From the IMG/VR virus record IMGVR_UViG_3300028833_000066: a DNA stretch of 64,000 bases. One strand, 5' to 3'. Source of the stretch: a virus (taxonomy: Duplodnaviria > Caudoviricetes). The translations under genes and the position numbers were made by a program. The stretch's first letter is position 1. The number at the start of each line of letters is the position of its first letter. Below, in pieces: positions 57,031 through 64,000 of the stretch. Below the pieces are notes generated by a model. It worked only from the letters and a program-made list of their open reading frames with translations, had not been told where the DNA came from and made no database searches.

Positions 57031-57824
57031 TACTTACCAGTGCTCCCAAAGCCGCCTTCTCCGCGGTCAGATGGGCCAAGAATATCAACCTGAACAGGTT
57101 TAAATTGATGTACAGGAGCAATAATCATTTGTGCGATACGATCGCCCTTATGAATGACATATTCAGAATCAGAATGATTATCATACATTACGCCAATTTC
57201 GCCGCGATAGCCACTATCAATTACGCCAACACTATTGCTTAGTCGCAAACCAGTCTTCATTCCTATACTAGAACGAGGTAGAATATAAGCTACCCAGCGT
57301 TCAGGTAAAGCAATTCTCAAACCTGTGCGAACAACGTTTGATAGTGAATGGGGCGGTAATGTCGTATCTTCTAGAGCATAAACATCCGCAGCCGCATCTG
57401 TATCATGAGCATATGATGGCTCTTTAGCATCTTCATCAAGCTTGATCGGTAATTCAAAATCATAGCTATGATATTTATCTAGTGCTTCTTCAAAGATACC
57501 ACAGAAGATTTCTATTAATTTATCTAGCAATAATTTCTTTCCAGCACTAGGCTGTAAATCTTCTACATATGCTTCCAAATCTTCACGATTTTTTTCAACA
57601 ATTGATTGAACAAAATCGCGAGTATAATTTTGGGCCTCAAATGTGTCAATTATATCTTTAATTGACTTTGCTCTTATATTATTAGTAATTGAACCTTCAA
57701 TCATACCACTTAATGATTCAACGATATCCTCTGTTAAACCATCATCAGGTAATTCCATTACCTAAGTGAATAGGTCAGAAATAGGACTGTCAATATCAAA
57801 TGGTGGATTTCTTACTTCACTCAT
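57030..57824 (-). CDS. dut: Trimeric dUTPase with a long acidic N-terminal extension
   Basis: AADVYA, PRSSIG, GVIDSGYRGE, RIAQ and RGEGGFGSTG motifs. Start extended through one TAG to ATG 57824. Confidence 0.9.
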
Positions 57825-57834
57825 TTTTATCGCC

Positions 57835-58038
57835 TCACTCAAAAGTTTTTTCTACAGTTACAACGGCCCAGCTGTCAATGATTTCGCCCTTCTGTTTCTT
57901 AGTTTTTAGAACGTATCCAGACTTTGTAAGCGTGTAACCTTCAGCATTCTGGCTGCTCTTGAAATCATCAATCAGCCGCATAGCTTCATCTTCATCATTT
58001 ACTCTATAAACATCAGTTGTCTTCATCAGCATCTTCAT
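57835..58038 (-). CDS. Hypothetical protein (MKMLMKTTDVYRV...)
   Basis: ORF with RBS. Confidence 0.7.
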   Translation of the reverse strand: MKMLMKTTDVYRVNDEDEAMRLIDDFKSSQNAEGYTLTKSGYVLKTKKQKGEIIDSWAVVTVEKTFE

Positions 58039-58294
58039 AATTTTCTTTCTCCTTTTTCTCATTTAATATTCTTAACTTTTCAATTAAATCAATATAATTT
58101 AGTTTCTTTGCTGTATCTGTTATTGAATCAAGTTGCTGGCGGCCTTTCTTACCGCCCTTTTTAGCTAGCTTTCGCCGCGAGGCTCTATTTAGTTTAATGC
58201 CAATTTTTTCTCCAAGAAAATCTTTTAAATTATCAATGGCGTTTTTATCATCTACTATTGCTTCATCCATTAGTAGTTCATTTTCTTCTGCCAT
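58013..58294 (-). CDS. Hypothetical protein
   Basis: LNRASRRK motif; start MAEENE follows a GGTGG RBS. Confidence 0.65.
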   Translation of the reverse strand: MAEENELLMDEAIVDDKNAIDNLKDFLGEKIGIKLNRASRRKLAKKGGKKGRQQLDSITDTAKKLNYIDLIEKLRILNEKKEKENYEDADEDN

Positions 58295-58295
58295 T

Positions 58296-59291
58296 TTAAC
58301 CACCTTCCTTGCGATTATATCCAAATTCTTGTGTCTTAAAGAAGTCTATATAATATTTCTCTAAATCACTCAAATCATCTTTATCGCAATATGTAATATA
58401 TTCAATAGACCAATTCCAGAAACCAGTGCGTAATATTTCGTGATGAACATACTAATCAGCTATTGATTTGATGCCAACACTTGATTTGAAGTGGTCTTGA
58501 ATACGTTTCTTAATATCTGTGCTTTTTCCTATATATGCTTTTCCGCTATCTATATTTGTCAATTTATAGATGCCAGGTTCAGCCTTGATACCAACTCGCT
58601 TAATTGTTTCATCTAAATATGGCTTAACATATTCAGCCCAAACTAATTTGCTAATAATGTCTGGATGCTAAACCTTTTTAGCAACTGTATTAAGCAAGAA
58701 ATCAATATCCTCTCTAAATTCTTCTGGAAGATAAATTGTATAGAATAGTTTCTACTATTTATCTTTTTCATACTATTTTAGTGGTTCTAACAATGCTTCA
58801 TATTTTTGCTACTCATATGCGGCCGCATTTTCACAAGATTTTATTTTATCTTGTAATTCTTTTACAACTTCTGCGGTAGCATTTTTAGCCTACTCTGTTT
58901 GTTCTTCACAATTCTTTAATATCTCTTGTAAAGTTTTCTCATAGACTTCTTTTTTATTATTCATTTCATGTTCTAAAGCATCTAGCCGTGTAGTACGCTA
59001 TTCTTCAATATAATTAGATATTTCAATTGTGCTTTGATATAGAGCTTCACGATACGCATCCTATGCGGCGGCAGTATCAGTTTGAAGTTTTTGTAATGCG
59101 TTTCGCCGCGAAACTTCTTCCTACTCTAATTTATTACACTATAGTTTAGCACTATATAAATGTGTATTTAATTCTTCTAATTCTTTGCGTTCTTGTTCTA
59201 TATTAAATCTATCACTCTTAACCTTGCGGCTAAGCTTAATAATTAAAACAATTATGATAACACACAGTGCTCCAATTATACCATACAGCAC
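58296..59291 (-). CDS. Membrane-anchored coiled-coil GIY-YIG nuclease (TAG=Gln; absent from the track)
   Basis: N-terminal YGIIGALCVIIIVLII, then GIYKLTN...AYIGKS...R...E...GYN. Own promoter at about 59325-59353. Confidence 0.8.
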
Positions 59292-59373
59292 TACACATTC
59301 GCCACCTCTTTTCTTTTATACTTTATTATAACATAAAGTTTCAGAAAAGTCAAATGTTGGGTAGGATAATTTC

Positions 59374-59850
59374 TTATCCTACCCATTCAGCGTATTGATT
59401 ATCAGAAGCTAAATTAACTCCTAATACTTCATCATAATGTGGCTCTTGCCCCATAATATAGCGACCATATTTAATTATGATATTTTTATATTCTTGAATA
59501 ATATCCAAACATTCGATTTCATCTTTATTATAACCAGTATAAATAACTATCACATCATCGCAGTTCATGCCAGCACGAATAAAATCAATAAAATTAAGAA
59601 GTGTCGGCTCTGAATCAAATGGTTCTAATCCTTGTAGGCAAAAACCCTTGGTTAATGGATTAGCTTTATACATATCCCAAATAGTATATTCACTAACATC
59701 AATATCAGGTTCGGCCGCTAGTTTGCTGTTCTAGCAAACTTGGCAACCATTAAGTTTATCACATTTAAAATCGCAAGTGGGAAATTCTAGTGTCATTACT
59801 GGCTCTTTGTAGTTAGTGAAATCACAATCTATAATACCTTTAAGTTTCAT
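59374..59850 (-). CDS. nrdG: Anaerobic RNR activating protein (TAG=Gln)
   Basis: CDFKCDKLNGCQVCQN, GLEP, YTGY and ASDNQ; next to nrdD. Confidence 0.8.
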
Positions 59851-60163
59851 ATTTTTTCTCCATATGTTCAAGACATATTTTTACTTGATTTTTCCATTGC
59901 TCTTCTTTTTCTTTTTTTATTGGATAATTAGAACACTAAGTCCTCCAGCAAGTTTCAAAAGGTGCACCCAACATGCATTCGTTACAACTTTTTCTTACTT
60001 CTATTAAAGGACACCAATCTGGACGTTTATGGTCATTAATAGTGTCACTTAATTCCCAAGCTTTTGCTTCTAAATGCCCATGGCAATAATCGAACTCATC
60101 ATCAATTAATGGGCAAGCATAGCAATCTTTAGGTAATCCTATATTGTATTCAATTCTTATCAT
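59840..60163 (-). CDS. Cys-rich protein (read through TAG at 59936)
   Basis: CYACP...RPDWCPL...CNEC; the extended frame ends overlapping the nrdG start. Confidence 0.65.
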
Positions 60164-62072
60164 TCAAATGCTCCCATTGTCTCATTTTAAATTCAGCCTT
60201 GCGTTCTTTACTCCAGGTCTTAATCGGCGTATAAAAGCCTACAATTCGCGTATATTCAGTTACTACATCGCCACCACAAATCGGGCACTTAGTTCCATAA
60301 AAAGCATGGTTATGCTCGCAAGCTTGAATCTTTGTATTAAAAGCAAAATAAGTAAGCCCTTGGTCAGCTATATAATTTACTGCTTCCCAAGCTTTTTCAA
60401 AACTATCAAATGGTGCATCAATATTTAAATGGGCAATGCTGCCACCATTGCAATAGCTATCAAATAGAGAAGCAATACGAATGCGTTCAGCCATTGTAGT
60501 TTTAATACCAAGTGGGATAAACTGATTGCCATATAGCGGCAAGTCTTTTACTACTGTTTCAGGGAATAAAAACTCATCAGCTAATTGCATCTTAGCGGCC
60601 GCAGATTCTCCCGGAATTTGCTCTACATTAATTTTATAATCTTTATCAGCAGCAAACTCATCCTTTACTCTATGTAAGGTTTGGAAGATTCTTTTTCCGA
60701 AAGCATCAGCGCGCTCAGTATAATAGACATTGCCTAATTCATCTTCGCGTGTATAGCCAAAAGTTTTCATAGTTTCATAAATACCAATAATACCTACTGT
60801 ATTATATAGATGTTCAAAATCAACTATGCCCTTCGAGAAATTTGGCAGTAAGCCTTTCTCTACATTACGACGAATGATATGGCGAACACAATCCAAAGCT
60901 TTACAATCTAGTTCTACAAGGTCTCGCAATCTAATTAAATAATCTTCTTCATTTTCTGCTTCTAATGCGATTCGTGCGAGATTAACGGTAGAAACTTTCA
61001 CAGAGCCTACTTTGAGAGCCGTTCCGCCTATACTATTAAAATACCCCAAGTCTTCAATATTACTTTTTAAGCGGCAACAATTACTTAATGAATTAACACT
61101 ATCATCAATAAAGAGATTACTATCACTCCATATACGATTATGCTCAATTCCCCAGCGGGCGAAAGCTTCATCCGCGAATTTACCATTCTTGCGAAGAAGG
61201 CTAATTGTTAATACAGGGAAAGTAAACATATTATGTTGTCTAATTTCAGCAATTGTTTCCATAAAGACCTTTTGGAAATCTTGAATACCTTGTAATTCAT
61301 CAATCATAAAGGTTTCATCTGGGAACATTGAACCTCCAAATAAAGCTTCAAGATAAGCCATATCAAATACAGAACAGTTTGTGAAAGCACTTTGCATACC
61401 ATCCCTTACATATGGTTGATTAACAGCATATACAAAACGCTGGATTTGCTGGCGAGCGTAATATTCAGGAGACTTTGTGGCGTATCCATTCTCACAATCT
61501 TTCTTCCAGAAATAATACATATATGGAATAAGATTGGGCAAGCCGACAGCACCGGAGCTACGATTGGCCGCAAAGCTAATAAATTCTTTTACAAAATCTA
61601 CAAAGGTAGATAAGTGCTTTGGAGGCTCGGCGTTGAAATTATTTAGGAAGAATAGGCCCTTCTCTGCCACATCCTTTAAATCATAAGCAAAGCAATAATG
61701 AATATATGTCGAAGTATCAGCATCGTGCATATATAAAGCTTTAGTCCACTCCTTCTCAAGCCATTCATTCGCGGCTTGGAAACCATAGCGTTTATTCATT
61801 TCATAATAAATTTTATTGAAAGCTAGTAGCTTACGATGTGGTTTTGGCATTTCATTCATCAGCGTCCGCATGTCTTTATTGCCAACATTTGAGTTACCAT
61901 CAACAGAAACATCAGCGACTGTATCTTTATCAATAAAGTTATCAATAAAGTCAGTATATGATAACTGCTTATCACCAAAACCATTTAGATAAGCCATTTC
62001 TTCTCCATACTTTTCGCTCATTCGGTTATAAGCAGTCTGGAAATTCTTATTTAATCTAACCTTAATATCCAT
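60150..62072 (-). CDS. nrdD: Class III (anaerobic) ribonucleotide reductase
   Basis: SNCCRL, NGGSI, CPICG and TRIVGFY glycyl-radical loop. Confidence 0.92.
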   Translation of the reverse strand: MDIKVRLNKNFQTAYNRMSEKYGEEMAYLNGFGDKQLSYTDFIDNFIDKDTVADVSVDGNSNVGNKDMRTLMNEMPKPHRKLLAFNKIYYEMNKRYGFQAANEWLEKEWTKALYMHDADTSTYIHYCFAYDLKDVAEKGLFFLNNFNAEPPKHLSTFVDFVKEFISFAANRSSGAVGLPNLIPYMYYFWKKDCENGYATKSPEYYARQQIQRFVYAVNQPYVRDGMQSAFTNCSVFDMAYLEALFGGSMFPDETFMIDELQGIQDFQKVFMETIAEIRQHNMFTFPVLTISLLRKNGKFADEAFARWGIEHNRIWSDSNLFIDDSVNSLSNCCRLKSNIEDLGYFNSIGGTALKVGSVKVSTVNLARIALEAENEEDYLIRLRDLVELDCKALDCVRHIIRRNVEKGLLPNFSKGIVDFEHLYNTVGIIGIYETMKTFGYTREDELGNVYYTERADAFGKRIFQTLHRVKDEFAADKDYKINVEQIPGESAAAKMQLADEFLFPETVVKDLPLYGNQFIPLGIKTTMAERIRIASLFDSYCNGGSIAHLNIDAPFDSFEKAWEAVNYIADQGLTYFAFNTKIQACEHNHAFYGTKCPICGGDVVTEYTRIVGFYTPIKTWSKERKAEFKMRQWEHLNDKN

Positions 62073-62074
62073 AT

Positions 62075-62290
62075 TTATCCCTCCGGCTGTGCTTTAATCC
62101 ATTCATTCATTTCAGTCGGAGAAGTGAACATTGTGCCATCTTCTAATTGCATTACTGGAAGACGTTGAATATTTTTTTCAATTAGCGGCTGAATGTCATG
62201 TGTTTCACTAAACTTAATATTCTTTTTATTAAGCTTCATTTTAATCATTTTACAGATACCACAAGTAGGGCTCGTATATAATTGTATCAT
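62075..62290 (-). CDS. Glutaredoxin/NrdH-like protein
   Basis: YTSPTCGICK...LPV. Confidence 0.8.
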   Translation of the reverse strand: MIQLYTSPTCGICKMIKMKLNKKNIKFSETHDIQPLIEKNIQRLPVMQLEDGTMFTSPTEMNEWIKAQPEG

Positions 62291-62296
62291 ATAATA

Positions 62297-62503
62297 TCAC
62301 TCCAAATTCTTTCCACAATATGGACATTTACTATCTACCATTACAAAATTATGTTTAGCACTAAAATGCGGGCATTGCTCTTGTAATTCTTTTAATTCAT
62401 TGAAGATATTTTTTACATCTTCATTTAAAACCATATTAGCAGCAGCAATTTTTAGCCGCTAGTTTAGGTTCTCGTGTTTTAAAATAATTTCATCCATCGT
62501 CAT
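62297..62503 (-). CDS. Small Zn-binding protein (TAG=Gln)
   Basis: LQEQCPH...CPYCG. Confidence 0.65.
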
Positions 62504-63561
62504 GCTCTCCACACTCCTCTTTTTGATAAATCATTATAAGTTTGTGTAAATAAATCAGCGGCAGAAGGGTGAAATTTCAGTAGTATTTTCTTTTCTTCTA
62601 TTACCGCCATTTTACGTAGTAATCTATCGTTTATGCTAATTCCGGGATTATTTAGTTGACTCCAAGTAGCTATAAGTTTTAATAAATTTATAATATTACT
62701 TGTTATTCCAATTTTAGAAGGTATGTATTTTAATTTAATCGGTATTTTATAAGACCAGAATGAATATAAAATATTTAATTTATAAATTAGATCCTTATAA
62801 TACTGTAAATTAGTTTGAAAAGTTCCACCAATAGGAATATAAACCGCAGTATTTTTAGTAATATCTGCTAAAAACATATTTTGATATTTTTTTAGCATAT
62901 AGTTCACTTCGTTTAATGGTACTTCGGTATCTAATAAAATATCATTAGAACGAGTAATTTTAGGGTAGGTTCTTAATTTAAAATATTGTGATAGTGTTTT
63001 ACAAACAATAGGATGAATACTATGAATACCTCTTACTTTTCTATCTATTGCCTCTTGTATTGTATCTTCCCAATCATAAGAAAAAAAATCAGTATCATAT
63101 AGATATAAAAGTTTATTTGATTTGATAGAAGGCATCGGTAATTTTTCTTCACCTGCATATCGGCGATAATATGTATTATCTAATAATTGATTTATAATAT
63201 TTGTTTTAATGCCTTCATCATATTTTTCTTTTAAGAAGTTTTTATAAATCCAAGTTTTAGGTAATGTAAAGTCAATAATTGAATTTTGAAATGGAATATA
63301 TTCACCATTTGTAAATCCTGTGCCACCATAAATAATATTAGATTGACGTTTTAATATATCAGGAATTACTGGATCAAATGTTTCACTAAAACAATATATT
63401 ATATCATAACCTTCCATTATTGTATCTTTTAAAGAGACAAGATTACAGAACAGATTTTCTTCTGTTCTGTAATAACTTGCCAATTTCATTATTTCTACAT
63501 TAGGAGGGCATAGACTTGTAGATTTTGTGGTCTATAAATCTAAATCTACCAAACCTATCAT
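62500..63561 (-). CDS. Degenerate radical-SAM-family-like protein (TAG=Gln)
   Basis: MIGLVDLD...PNVEIMKLASYY...YGGTG N-terminus; no CxxxCxxC. Confidence 0.5.
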
Positions 63562-63562
63562 A

Positions 63563-64000
63563 TCATCCCTCCTTACGGTCAAACTGGAATTTTAATTGCC
63601 CATCTTTAGAAACTTCTGTAATCTTTGAGATTACTGGAAATGAAGATGAACGATATTTTTTCGGAATAAAGTCTGCTCCACGTCTAATGCCTTGAATCAT
63701 TAATAATGTACCGCGTGAAAACCAACTTTTTTCAATAACGTGTTTTTTACCATCTTCTCCAATTTGAGAAATTTGCTTGTCATATAAAGCAAATTGATTT
63801 TTATATACTTTAACACTAACAACACCAGTTGGAGTTAAAAGCGTTACTGTATTCTTCATCTTACTCTTATCAATTACAGTTCCAATAATACATGCTAATT
63901 TATAAGTTTTAATTTCATCACCAGTTTTGCTTGTGAAAATATTATCAATCTCTGGTTCCTCTGGAAGTTCAAAGAAATCATCATAATATTTACTGGCGGC
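63563..64000 (-). CDS. DNA polymerase III alpha-like C-terminus (partial)
   Basis: IIGTVIDK.K.KNTVTLLTP.G...SWFSRG...GIRR OB-fold region; the frame runs to the window edge. Confidence 0.7.
   Translation of the reverse strand, partial: AASKYYDDFFELPEEPEIDNIFTSKTGDEIKTYKLACIIGTVIDKSKMKNTVTLLTPTGVVSVKVYKNQFALYDKQISQIGEDGKKHVIEKSWFSRGTLLMIQGIRRGADFIPKKYRSSSFPVISKITEVSKDGQLKFQFDRKEG

Noticed and set aside
60150-62072. Intron or intein in nrdD or terL
   Set aside because: Both are continuous and of normal length.

Overview
The window is part of a large lytic phage genome. A long-tailed siphovirus is inferred from the tape measure and tail genes, and a Firmicutes/Clostridia-type host from the sigma-A promoters, RBSs and operator motifs. 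It has three blocks. (1) About 0.7-19.4 kb is a higher-GC, divergently arranged early/host-takeover block. It holds about 45 near-consensus TTGACA-17-TATAAT promoters, about 40 small genes in paralogous families, about 12 promoters with no gene (some driving structured, tRNA-like RNAs), and a dense array of operator-like sites: about 30 AGTTAG-N6-CTAACT, about 30 GCCGGC, and sites resembling Rex/Crp, HisR, WalR/OmpR and ArgR boxes. It may be a long terminal repeat. (2) 19.5-55.9 kb (+) is an AT-rich packaging and morphogenesis operon: terminase, portal, protease/scaffold, capsid, tail, a tape measure of about 4,950 aa, Dit and a tail tip. (3) 55.9-64 kb (-) carries DNA and nucleotide metabolism genes: RuvC-like resolvase, dUTPase, GIY-YIG, nrdG/nrdD, glutaredoxin and the DNA polymerase III alpha C-terminus. 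The supplied ORF track is fragmented because TAG is read as Gln (code 15) in blocks 2-3, while the early genes and the high-copy virion genes avoid TAG. The best candidate for an undescribed system is the operator and promoter array of block 1. All counts are by eye, and family and motif assignments are from recalled motifs, not database searches.
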